Shown here in pieces: positions 43,956 through 54,206 of a stretch of DNA of 64,000 nt. Position numbers and translations under genes: made by a program. The stretch lies in NCBI GenBank assembly GCA_963833125.1, contig CAWHWX010000016.1, positions 384,001-448,000 of the forward strand, read 5' to 3'. Origin of the DNA: Candidatus Bathyarchaeota archaeon (GTDB lineage: Archaea > Thermoproteota > Bathyarchaeia > 40CM-2-53-6). Below the pieces are notes generated by a model. The model searched no databases and had not been told where the DNA came from. It saw only the letters and a program-made list of their open reading frames with translations. The first letter of the stretch is position 1. The number at the start of each line of letters is the position of its first letter.

Positions 43956-44363
43956 CTAATGCCCAGTATCTTCAAAGAATTGCAGAGCGACCTTGCAGAG
44001 ACGGTCTATTTTCGTAATGTCTTCCTCAGTAGGGTTTCGCCATATTCGTGAGGTGTGAGCGACATCTCCCCTTGTGTCCCATAGGTCTTTCAGATCCTTT
44101 GCTACTTGATGAGACACTAAGTTGAGATTCTCGCAAATGCTGAGTCTGGTCTTTGGTCCTCGAATGTCATCCAGTTCCGAATGTATCTTCTTCCACTTGG
44201 CCTCGTCAGGTTGAAGCCTGTTTGTGAGCAATGTTCTCGATCTAATGTCCATATAGATTGCAGATAGCAAAAGCGCGGAAATGTAGTCTCCCTTGCGCAA
44301 GTCATCTTTGATTCGTTTAATGGCATCTTTCGTAGTCACTTCTAGTTCGTTTAGATCCACCAA
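43956..44363 (-). CDS. HEPN-superfamily protein
   Basis: Helical 135-aa protein with Rx4H motif (LWDTRGDVAH). Confidence 0.6.
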   Translation of the reverse strand: MVDLNELEVTTKDAIKRIKDDLRKGDYISALLLSAIYMDIRSRTLLTNRLQPDEAKWKKIHSELDDIRGPKTRLSICENLNLVSHQVAKDLKDLWDTRGDVAHTSRIWRNPTEEDITKIDRLCKVALQFFEDTGH

Positions 44364-44653
44364 TTGGGAGTGCCTCCGAGTTCTGTATGCGTGTTAGCCT
44401 ACTATTCTGTCCTTCGACTTTAATGCCCACAATATCTTCGAGTTTTGCCGGTTGCTTTATTCATTAAGTTCAGATAAACCCCAGGAGCGTTCAGCTTCGT
44501 TGAGAGCTTCCGACTTTGGGAGTCTCTAATTGCCTGGAACCCTTTTGCCGAACCAAGTATTGCGTTGGGCCGATCTGAATCACGTCCCCTACGGATAGAT
44601 CGCGGACGTTTTTGAGTTACGAAGGCACGTAATTTCGCAAATATCTAATTTAG

Positions 44654-47600
44654 CTAAGAGGAACTTTCAAGAAAGGCAAGTTCCTTTTCTCTTTGCATAA
44701 TGTCAGGTGTCGCCCCGACCATGATGCGCCGATACTCTTCAAGCGAAGCTTCTCGCAAGTAAGGGGCGGATTGGGCTCCCGAAAGAACAGTTTCCAGGAA
44801 ATCTGCGCCTTGTTGGCTATCCGGCTCTAGAAACCTCTCCATCAGTAGTTCTGTCCATACTCGTGTCCCATGCGTGGTCGCCGCCACCTTGACAATATCC
44901 TTGATGGCCTGAAGACTGACGGAACTCTGAGCCAGTAGAAGAAGCGCACCCTCACGCAAATCCTGGGAATATTCAGCGTTTCCAAGAATCGACATGACTT
45001 TTTGATTATCGAGGGCGAGCCTAACAGGTCCGTGGTGTGTGCGTCGCAACAGGTATTCCAGAGGGCTCAGTATCTTGAGAAAACCAAATAACGCTTCGTT
45101 GGACTTCGTCGCAATGGCCAAAAGCTTCGCAACCGTATCTTCGTACGAGTGGTTCGCAGCGCGCGAACGAGCAACCGAGGTCATGAACGCATAGTCGCCC
45201 ATGTTCTTCGGAATTAAATTGAAGATTTCTAAGAGTTTACATGTATTCCAATTATTCTGGTCATTTTGTGCAAGCTTGGTCATTAGAGCTATTAGCGCAA
45301 ATTTCCTTGGCGTGTGGGCGAGCCTCTTTTGAACAGTATCACAGAAGATGGAGATTTCACGCACTAGGTCGGAATTTCCGTCATCTGCCCAGCTCAATGA
45401 ACACAAATGCTTCAGTGTTTCCAAGGCACGCCATTGCTGCGAAACATTGGAAGCGATGACGCCAGTCAACGCTGCAAAAGCTGCAACCACAAATGCGCAA
45501 GGAAGAGTGATATTTTCCAATTGGTGGTGATATCCGGTGAGTATTCGCTGTCCTGCTTTCACGTGGCTCACAGTAGTTGTCCCAGTTGAGCGCCCGTTCT
45601 TCGTGAGCACGACAGCGCCGAAGACTTCAGTAACCTGTTGGGTCGTTAGTGGATTAAGTGCTTGGATCTTTAGCAAGTCAATGGGGCTAACACCCTGCAG
45701 GTGGGTTCTTAGTTTATGCCGATCTATTGATTCTTTCACCTCGAGTATGGTCTCAAGCGGTGGGGCGTTGGTGGCATAAAGCACTTGATCGAATAATTCC
45801 ACGTCTATAGCATCTAGAGATGTCAGCCATGCAGGCAGAATCTTAGATAGTACATCCTCAGAAAAATAGAGAAAGCCCCCTCCCTTTATTACTAGCGCAA
45901 GAGCTGCCGCACGTAGCTCCAGAACTGCTGACGCATCAAGAACTATTTTTTGGGCGTCTTCCACGAGTTGATTGTGTATGTCACCACCTGTCGGGCCTCT
46001 GGTAAAGTCGGACGATCCTAAGAAGCCAATTATCTCCCACGCCTGCGCAATTTGACCTATAGCATCGGAAGAAATGGGAAACAAGCGTTCGGATAGTTCC
46101 TTGTGTACGAGAGAGGTAACGTTGCAATGGCATCGCCAAGTAGCTCGTGTGCAACTTCTTTTGATAGTCCAACCTCCCGCCACACCCTAGTTACATATTC
46201 AGGGTGGTTTAGGAATGGGAATAGGAAGAGTTGACGAGTCTCATCTTGTGACAAACTCAGGCACATCTTTCCAAATCTTTGGGCCACAAACCGAGGGTCA
46301 AGGGTGTACCTGAGAGATCTCTCCAGAAGGTACTCAGGACTGATGTCGTTTCTGGGATATTCTTGATAATTACTTCCTTCAACGGAGTTAAGTCATCGCA
46401 AACTCCATGATAGACTTCCATTACATTGAATCCGTCAGGGAGGTGAATCCTGTAAAGTCGTTGCCGGAGTATAGGTATCACATGTGATCCCAGATCCTCT
46501 GGTGGGAGCTCACGCAGTTTTCTGATTAGGTCATATGTCTTGGCAAAATCCAAATCGTCGTCGAGTAATGTAAGCCCATACTCGATGGCACTTCTTTGAA
46601 GGACCCGATCATGCCCAAATGATCGGTCAGCCGCGATCTCTAGAGCCAGCCAAGCACCACGTCTGATAAATAAGTCTGGTTTATGCCTATCAATTTCCCG
46701 GCAAGCCTCAAGTATGTGAGCAGATTCTTCCGAGAAACTTCGTCCAATTCGTCCAGCAAAGAATAGAGCGACATTTCGCCAATGCGGGAGGAGGGCTATC
46801 GCCGTAAACCTGTCAAACCGCTGCTTGTCGTCGCGAGCGTCTGCAAGATATCCAGCAGCGAAGAATTCTTGAATAGATCGCAGCTCAAATCCGAAAAACC
46901 CTTCGCCCAAACCGACGATGAGAACCAGTCTTTCTCTGGCCTCCTGAATCATTTGTGACGCCTTATTCTGGAGAACCTTTACGTCTGAGTACGGATCCTT
47001 GTGGCGTAGATATCGTAATACTTCAACAGCAAACTCGTCTTCTTTCATGTGCGATCTCGGATCAGAGGTTCCAGCTGCTTTGCTCTGGAGTATGTATCCC
47101 AAATAATAGTGAAGGCCGAAGAGCAATCTCTTCTCAGTCTGAATGATCGTCTTGGATTTCGATCTCTCGCGTTTTGTAGATGATTTCTAAGTATTCATCA
47201 AAAAGTTCTTCCCTCTGCCGCGGCGGGGTTCCCCCGTTAAGAATAATCAGAATGAAAATTGTTACCTGCAGAATCGTCGTCATCAATTGTGAAAAATGCT
47301 GATCGGTTAGGCAATCTTGCATGGATAAACGCAGGGAGTTACCTTTGGCAGTGTCAAGGCCCCGTGCCCGAATCCACTTTTCAGTGTACTCTGCGACTTT
47401 TTCCTTATCTAAATCAACGAGACTAAGATGCATGAAATGTGATGGATCAAATTCCTCACCGAATTCAGTGGGACGGGAAGTCGCCAAGACTTGAAGATCA
47501 GCCTTAAGAACGTCGTCACAGCGCCCCAAGAACTCCATGAGGAGCCCGAGCATCCGGGCACGCAAGGCCCTATCCGTGACCTCGTCCAAACCATCTAGGA

Positions 47601-48720
47601 CAAGCAAAGATGGATTAGCTTTCAGAACCTCTTGAACTTGGTCGGCCGAAATCTGACGACCAGCCCGCTCCTGCATGAGTCCTGCCAGAAAACTCTCCAT
47701 GGTGTATGGTCCCTTGGAGTCTACAATCCATTGTACAAAGTCTCTCAAAATTACGCGAAATGGGACTCGCACGACAAAAGGTGTCCACCTCCCCTGGCTC
47801 TCCCCCAAGTCAGATGTCTTGTCAAGGAGGTAGGCTCTATGGATTTGCGCGACAAATTGTCCCAGTGTTGACTTTCCTTGTCCAGGACCCCCTATTAGGA
47901 GGGCCCTAGGCACGCTGCGCCTCATTAGCAATTCTGTCGTGAGTACTGTTCTTTCGTGAATTCTCTCTGCCAGAGATAGTCTTCGTTCCGCCAACGGAGA
48001 ATAATCCCTATCGCCTTGTGTTCGGACGAAAAGGTCGATGAAGACTCGTCGAAGTTGCAGTGGTTTCTCATTGATTTCCCCGGCTTGGTCCAGTAGAGCA
48101 TATTGTTCATTTTCGAAGCATCCACGAACGTAAAGTAGAACCGTTTCAGCAAGTTGACTCTTGCTCGGTTTTCCTCTGTCCATCAGCTCTGCTATCAAAT
48201 CACCTGGAGTAATCAGGTGGAGGTAAGCTCGTCGAACATCGGCATAATTATCTATGAACCTAGCGAGATCATCATAGCCCCACACATGGATGTGTGGAAT
48301 CTTCTCCGAAAAATCTGGAATAATCTCCTCAGAAATTTTGTCGTGAGTTCCCAAAGCGGCTACTGACGAAAGGGGTACATTAGTGATGAGTATATAGTTC
48401 TGACATTGACGCTTATATTTGAACACGATTTTTTCCAGTTCATTTTTCAAATCCTTCATGATTTCCCTTCGTGCAGTATCAGGTCCGATTCGACTTATCT
48501 GGTGAAACTTGGCTTGGAAGACCCACGTGCCGTCCCACTGATCGGCTATTGATGGATATGGCGCCTTTCCGTGGAAAGTTGCCTCTCGACCACCATCAGG
48601 TCCGTCTCCAAACGTAATTGTGCCAAAGCCAATAATCTTTTTCAGAAGAGCTTGAGCCAGATGTTCGAATTCCTCATGGCCTAATCTCTCTAAATCATAA
48701 TTGGCCATTTGCGACGACAA
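44654..48720 (-). CDS. Mrr-like nuclease-NACHT/STAND NTPase with long helical C-terminus (NLR/Avs-like defence protein); frameshifts near 47130 and 46200-46260
   Basis: EFEHL..GPDGGREA..FQAKF; Walker A GGPGQGKST; Walker B LVLDGLDEV; TSRP; FELRSIQEFFAA. Confidence 0.85.
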
Positions 48721-49041
48721 ATACTGCTACGCGGGATTGTAAAACTTAAAGATACTTATCCCTGTAGATCGAAGGCATTCCGATCTCTTTTTGTGCGTAC
48801 GATTTAGACCACCCGTCAAACGCGAAATGGGCTTGGCATCGACCTGATGGTCATTCAGGTCGGTTGGGAGAGCTTCCGACTCTAGGAATTTCTAGTTTCC
48901 GGAGTGGAATCGCTTTTACATGTGTGAGGCCATCGTGGTCCAACTAACTGAAGAAGGCTAGAATCATTTTCATCGATCACTGACTCCTCGCCCTGCGATG
49001 ACTTCTGAGCTTATCCGGTAGCATTGTTTACGGCAAGTTTG

Positions 49042-49194
49042 ATGATTGGTGTGAAATGTCCGTTTTGTCTAATTGAACTTCTAGGTCAAGAGAACTATCC
49101 CTTGAAACGTTGTGACCAATGCAACCTCTGGTTTGAACTACAGAACGATGAGCTTGTGCCCTTACGGGCCGACCCACTGCATTTGCAGCGCTGA
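49042..49194 (+). CDS. 50-aa zinc-ribbon protein (not in ORF track)
   Basis: MIGVKCPFC...RCDQCNLWFELQNDELVPLR. Confidence 0.6.
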   Translation: MIGVKCPFCLIELLGQENYPLKRCDQCNLWFELQNDELVPLRADPLHLQR

Positions 49195-49205
49195 GTTGCA
49201 GTGTT

Positions 49206-49613
49206 TTGGAAATTGACCATTATTCGACCGATTGTCTCGATTGCCGCAAGCCACTAGTTTGGATAAGTCGAAGTAAGCGGTTACTTCAGGGTCTGGATGT
49301 TGATGAGTTCGGCTTCCGCTGCGACTCATGCAAACGTGAGTATCGATTCAGAGAGGGCAGGCTAAAGGAGCTGAAGATTGAACGAAACCCAGTCGCCGAA
49401 CGCATCGCCATGCAGAAGGCGGAAGTGGACACGGTCCGGAACCGGCGTTGTCCTCATTGTGGAGGACCACTCGATGATTTCCTGACCTGCGAGTGGTGCC
49501 ATGAAAGCTACTCGGTGGAGAGCGGAGAACTTGTACCTAGAATCGAAGACAACCTCCTCGAGCAGCGTAAACCTCAGATGAGGGAGTTCTATGCCCTTAA
49601 CGCGCAGCGGTAA
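49206..49613 (+). CDS. Double zinc-ribbon protein
   Basis: CLDC..CDSC and CPHC..CEWC. Confidence 0.7.
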   Translation: MEIDHYSTDCLDCRKPLVWISRSKRLLQGLDVDEFGFRCDSCKREYRFREGRLKELKIERNPVAERIAMQKAEVDTVRNRRCPHCGGPLDDFLTCEWCHESYSVESGELVPRIEDNLLEQRKPQMREFYALNAQR

Positions 49614-50124
49614 CCACTACACCCTCCGCGCCAAACGACCCTGCACTCAATGCCATGAGATAACAGACCAGACGGCGACAAGTTGTCGCTCCAGCGCTCC
49701 GGAAATACCTCAAGTTCCTCCTACCCTAATCAAACGCATCGAATGGTTATGCGACTGGTGCGGTAATAACGAGGAAGAGGTCAAAGAGACCCTTCAGCCA
49801 ACACAGAGAATAATGATTTTGAAACGGCTGCTTAACCTTCCGGAGGATTACGACGTGCTGGGCTTCACCCTAAGCTCGGAAGCGAATAATGTGATCTCAT
49901 TAAAGATTCGATTGCCCGACTTCGATATGGGCGAATTGAGGGCTATTCAGTACAAGCAGCAGGAGACCGGCTTCATAACCGTCGACGAACTCATCAAGGT
50001 GCAACGAGCCGGCTACCGACAACATACAGCCGTCCCTCCTAAACCTGAGCCCAGCGACGTGGTGACGCTTCGGAAGAAGGAGAAGCAGAGGGCATTCGTT
50101 GGGGACCTAAGGCCCTTGCGCTGA
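49591..50124 (+). CDS. Zinc-ribbon-containing hypothetical protein
   Basis: CTQC...CDWC; overlaps previous gene. Confidence 0.6.
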   Translation: MPLTRSGNHYTLRAKRPCTQCHEITDQTATSCRSSAPEIPQVPPTLIKRIEWLCDWCGNNEEEVKETLQPTQRIMILKRLLNLPEDYDVLGFTLSSEANNVISLKIRLPDFDMGELRAIQYKQQETGFITVDELIKVQRAGYRQHTAVPPKPEPSDVVTLRKKEKQRAFVGDLRPLR

Positions 50125-50238
50125 CAAGTTAGCAGGGAGAACACAGGATTCATGAGTGCATTGCACGTCGCCTTCGTGAGAGCAGTCAATCCTAAAGAGA
50201 ACAGATCGTCCATCGGACCTTGAGGTAGACTTACTCCA

Positions 50239-52068
50239 ATGATCTCCGAGAGTCAGACCGCATGGCTGGTCGGCGCGTATCACAAAGCAGACGGAGTCGA
50301 ACTCAGACTATTCACCTCACCCGACTTGAAGCCAATCGAATGGGTTGACAGAGACTTTCAACCCTACTACCTCACCAGGCATCAGCAGGGTGAGATGGTC
50401 AAGAAGATAGATCTCTTTACCGGAAATGAAATGGAACTAGAGAAGGTAACCCTCAGAGGAAAACCCGCAAAGGACATCAAGGGCTGGGAGGTGGACGTAG
50501 ACCCTGTCATGAGCTACGCGTACGATAAGGGGCTTCGATTCGGTGTTCTCCACCGCCTCACCAGCAATGGTTGGGTTCCGGAACCGTCACTAGACGAGGA
50601 GGCGAGTTCCCGATTTGAAGCATTATTCGGAGCGATTCGGCGAAGGGATCCACTCAAGTACGCATCTCTGAAGGAACTGTACACATACATCAGCCAACCC
50701 GTACCAAGAATTCCACAGCAAGACCCCCACCCAGCTGAAGTAGATTCGGACGAAGACTACCTCAACGCCTTCCTACTCAGCCGCATCGCGAACCTGCCGC
50801 TAAACCGAACCTACCGTAACTATTCCGTCTCAGACTGGATCCGCTCAATGCTCAACACGTACTACCGCTCCCATAACATACTCATCCCCAACCCTGAAGA
50901 ACTCAAACTCGGAGACACGAGAAAGCAGGTAACAGGCGCCCTAGCTATCGGGCCGGAGCCGGGTACTTACTTCAACATGCATGTCCTCGACTTCGAATCC
51001 CTCTACCCAGGGTGCATAGACGTCTTCAACCTCTCATATGAGACCATGCAATGCCCCCATCCAGAATGTCAAAGCAACCATGTTCCCGGCCAACCACAGT
51101 TGCACGTTTGTACGAAACGACGTGGAATTTACTCCGCTCTCGTAGGCGCTATCCGTGATTTGCGCCTACAGATCTACAAACCAGAGACCAAGAAAGCCGG
51201 CGAAGCTGATGGCAATGCGTTGGCCGCATCCAGACTTTTGAAACTATTTCTAGTCTCCAGCTACGGCGTGACTATCAGGATTCATGGCTTAGCCAGCCCA
51301 CTCCTCGGTGAGGCGATCACCGCCTATGGTAGGCATGTGCTCCAGTCAACTTGGGATTTGGCGAAGATGATGGATCTCAGGCCGAAGTATGGTGACACCG
51401 ACTCCGTCTTCCTAGACAACCCAACCGTGGAGAAGACGGGGAAACTCATTCAACAAGTCAGTAGTGAGTTTAGGCTTCAGTTGGCTTATGATCGCGTCTA
51501 TTCCGTTTGTGTTCTCAGCACCATCAAAGCCTACTTCGGCATCCTACCCAACGGCGAACCAGAAATCAAAGGCTTAGCCATCGCCAAATCCAACTCACCC
51601 CGATTCTTCCAACAAACCTTCCAACAATGCCTAACTCAACTAGCCAAAGGGCGCCGCTCACCTAACGACTTCGAAACCGTCAAACAGCAGCTCCCCCACT
51701 TAGTTGCTGAAGCGATCAATAGGCTTCATAGCAGATCCGTGTCTCTGGCCGACTTAGAGTATCGGGTTGAGCTTAGGGAGGAGCCAGCGGAGAAGTTACG
51801 ATCGAAGAGACTTGCGCAACCCTACCAGGCGGCATGGCTGCTGACAAGGAAAACGCCCCGAGCGAGGGAGACGATTGGGTTTGTGAAGGTGCTTCCGTTC
51901 AGATTACAGGGAAGACAGTTCACCGTCAAACCTACCTCACAAGCAAACCCGAAAGAGATCGACGTGGACGACTACGCCCTCAGCCTCTACGCCTCACTCT
52001 CGCAAGCCTTCGACCCCATGAACATTAAACTCGCACCGAATCCAACCAGCCTCTCAGATTTCGTTTGA
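50239..52068 (+). CDS. Family B DNA polymerase, PolB1-like, lacking the 3'-5' exonuclease domain
   Basis: Motif A VLDFESLYP, motif B variant KLFLVSSYG, motif C YGDTDSVF, KAYFG, IKGL; only 609 aa; C-terminal PIP-like TSLSDFV. Confidence 0.88.
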   Translation: MISESQTAWLVGAYHKADGVELRLFTSPDLKPIEWVDRDFQPYYLTRHQQGEMVKKIDLFTGNEMELEKVTLRGKPAKDIKGWEVDVDPVMSYAYDKGLRFGVLHRLTSNGWVPEPSLDEEASSRFEALFGAIRRRDPLKYASLKELYTYISQPVPRIPQQDPHPAEVDSDEDYLNAFLLSRIANLPLNRTYRNYSVSDWIRSMLNTYYRSHNILIPNPEELKLGDTRKQVTGALAIGPEPGTYFNMHVLDFESLYPGCIDVFNLSYETMQCPHPECQSNHVPGQPQLHVCTKRRGIYSALVGAIRDLRLQIYKPETKKAGEADGNALAASRLLKLFLVSSYGVTIRIHGLASPLLGEAITAYGRHVLQSTWDLAKMMDLRPKYGDTDSVFLDNPTVEKTGKLIQQVSSEFRLQLAYDRVYSVCVLSTIKAYFGILPNGEPEIKGLAIAKSNSPRFFQQTFQQCLTQLAKGRRSPNDFETVKQQLPHLVAEAINRLHSRSVSLADLEYRVELREEPAEKLRSKRLAQPYQAAWLLTRKTPRARETIGFVKVLPFRLQGRQFTVKPTSQANPKEIDVDDYALSLYASLSQAFDPMNIKLAPNPTSLSDFV

Positions 52069-52390
52069 GATTGTTGACTAATTGCCGAAAGCAGGTAAGC
52101 CACGGTTACCCCTCTCGGTCTTCCCTTTTGATTTATTCAACAATGGAAAAGCGTCGATCCATCCAGGCCAGTTTCGTTTCGGTCTCTGACCCAAGCGATC
52201 TGGATCCTCGAGAATGTAATCGCGGGCTCGCGCACTCAAGATCAATCTCACATTAAGATCAATTGGGCCAGACTCGTCATCGCCCGCCCCGATCATTTCC
52301 TCTTACGTGCTAATTTGCGTATCTGACTTGCATGCTTATTTCGCCGTAGCCCACTCTCGTGCCAACCACGAAAGTTGAAAGTGCGGAGAA

Positions 52391-53364
52391 ATGCCCATTA
52401 TTCATGTTACGCCAGTGGGCTTCGAAAGCCTAGGCGTCAGGTCCATGTGTACTTTTGTTGAGACGCCCGACGTTAGGCTGCTGATTGACGCGGGCGTAGC
52501 GTTGGGGCCTCGTCTTAGGAGGTTACCGCATCCACGGGAGTACAAAGCCGAAATGAATGCCGTGCAAGAATTCGAAACTACTCGGCGAAGGCAGATGCGA
52601 TTGTAATCTCACACTATCACAATGATCACCATACACCAAACTACACAGAAAACGTATGGCTCGGATCGAGTGCAGATGAAGCGGAAGAGATCTATCGAGA
52701 AAAAACTGTTCTCGCGAAAGATATTCGTAACGCAATCAACTTCAACCAGCGAAGGAGAGGCTGGATGTTTCAACGATTCGTGAAACGGATCGGCAGCAAG
52801 TGCGAGATAGCTGACGGTAAAACGTTCGACTTTGGAGCAACCAAGGTCACACTCTCGCAGCCTGTGCCGCATGGAGAGGAGAGTTCCGACTTGGGATGGG
52901 TCCTAATGACTTGCGTCAGGTCAGGAGAGGAAACTTTCCTGCACGCGTCCGACGTTCAAGGACCAATGACCAAGAAAACGGCCAGACTGATACTCGAAGA
53001 GAAACCAGACTGTCTAGTGCTTGGAGGCCCACCCACGTATCTAGAAGGGGTGAGAGTGGCTCAGGCTCCGATTCAGGCAGGCATCGAGAACGCCTCTAGA
53101 CTTGCAAGCAAGATACCGATCGTAATCTTTGAACATCACATACTCCGCTCCGAAAAATGGCGAGAGCAATCAAACTCGGTATATGATGCCGCCTCAAGCG
53201 CCGAGCATAAGGTCATGACGGCGGCTGAATACCTCAAAACCCCAAACATGCTTCTAGAGTCTCAGCGGGAACAGTTGTATGAGGAAGAGGCTCCATCGCC
53301 AGAGTTCATTAAATGGACTGAGCTTCATCGAGAGAAAAAACGGTTACAGACTCCTCCAGTCTAA
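52391..53364 (+). CDS. MBL-fold metallo-hydrolase (UPF0282-like); frameshift near 52550
   Basis: ESLGVRSMC, IDAGVALGP, SHYHNDH, VPHG, HASDVQGP, EHHILR. Confidence 0.85.
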
Positions 53365-53424
53365 GGCAGTTGACGGAGGAAAAGATCGGACCCAAGAAAA
53401 GGGTCCGCCAAGGATCTGGTTGGA

Positions 53425-53583
53425 TTAGGCGCCTGCCAGCTTTGTCGCCAGTCGGAATTTCTTTCCACATGATGGGCAGGAGAAGTGTTTGATGTGTAGG
53501 GCGGGGCCACGTCCGTCCTTTGGATGCATATCCCATTCTTTCGCCGGGCCAATTACTTCGCCACCGCATTTGAGACATTTCAC
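53425..53583 (-). CDS. Zn-ribbon Cren7-like chromatin protein
   Basis: MKCLKCGGEV..PAKEWDMHPK..GPALHIKHFSCPSCGKKFR parallels the Cren7 P.K.W.L.PK...F..P..GK.FR pattern. Confidence 0.6.
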   Translation of the reverse strand: MKCLKCGGEVIGPAKEWDMHPKDGRGPALHIKHFSCPSCGKKFRLATKLAGA

Positions 53584-53834
53584 CAAGAAGTCTTCACCTC
53601 GATGGGGTCGGCAGTCGGATGTTGGACACGAGGTGCGGAGCACGTTTGATGGTGACGCCACTTGGGTTTGGCTTGGGGGTGTGGCGTCATTGGGTGCGTG
53701 TTATCCTCGTGTCCAACGACGCTGACTGCCATGGACGGTCCATACACTTTTGATGGTATATTAATGTTTCATTTATGGTACGTTAATATACCGCCGTGAC
53801 TAATCTCTCTTAGAAATTTAGAGGAGGTTGCAAC

Positions 53835-53992
53835 ATGAACGGAGATTCAAAGCGAAGCTTCGCTGTAGCCCTTGCTTCATTCGCGATAGGCGCCGTAGTC
53901 GCCGGGGTACTCGGAAACCCGAAGACACGACAGCGCATCGCGGTCTGAGCAAGAAGCTGGCTAAGAGAGCTAGGGCAGCTGACCTAGCGTAA
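53835..53992 (+). CDS. Small single-TM protein (YtxH-like); probable frameshift near 53940
   Basis: Strong GAGGAGG RBS; SFAIGAVVAGVLGNPKTRQR; downstream hairpin ggagcgg/ccgctcc. Confidence 0.45.
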
Positions 53993-54140
53993 ACAACCCA
54001 CGGGAGCGGCAATCGAACCGCTCCTTTCCTCTCATTCTAAATTCGAATCTGATCCGGCCTCTCTGTTTTCCGTCCCGACTTGATGAAGCTTAGAGCCTTA
54101 GGAAGGCTTAATTCTCAAGTCCGAATTCTCCATTGCAATT

Positions 54141-54206
54141 AGGGCGCGTGAGTGGGGCCTCCCACCCGATTGCGCCAAACAAACCCCGGAGTAGGGAGGT
54201 AAATGG
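54141..54206 (+). ncRNA. Candidate riboswitch-like 5' leader of queT
   Basis: P1 GGCGC/GCGCC, inner GUGGG/CCCAC, A-rich linker, GGGG/CCCC pseudoknot option, CCUCCC complementary to SD GGGAGG. Confidence 0.5.

Noticed and set aside
50239-52068. Casposon or protein-primed PolB
   Set aside because: No cas1, no terminal inverted repeats and no TPR1/TPR2-type insertions recognised; motifs are PolB1-like
52094-52110. ggtaagccacggttacc as another IS6-like end
   Set aside because: Lacks the CAACCGAC subterminal motif and any adjacent transposase remnant
54141-54200. TPP riboswitch (UGAG, ACCC and GUAGGGA words present)
   Set aside because: The P4/P5 core (ACCUGAU..GGAUAAUGCC) is missing and the downstream gene is not thiamine-related
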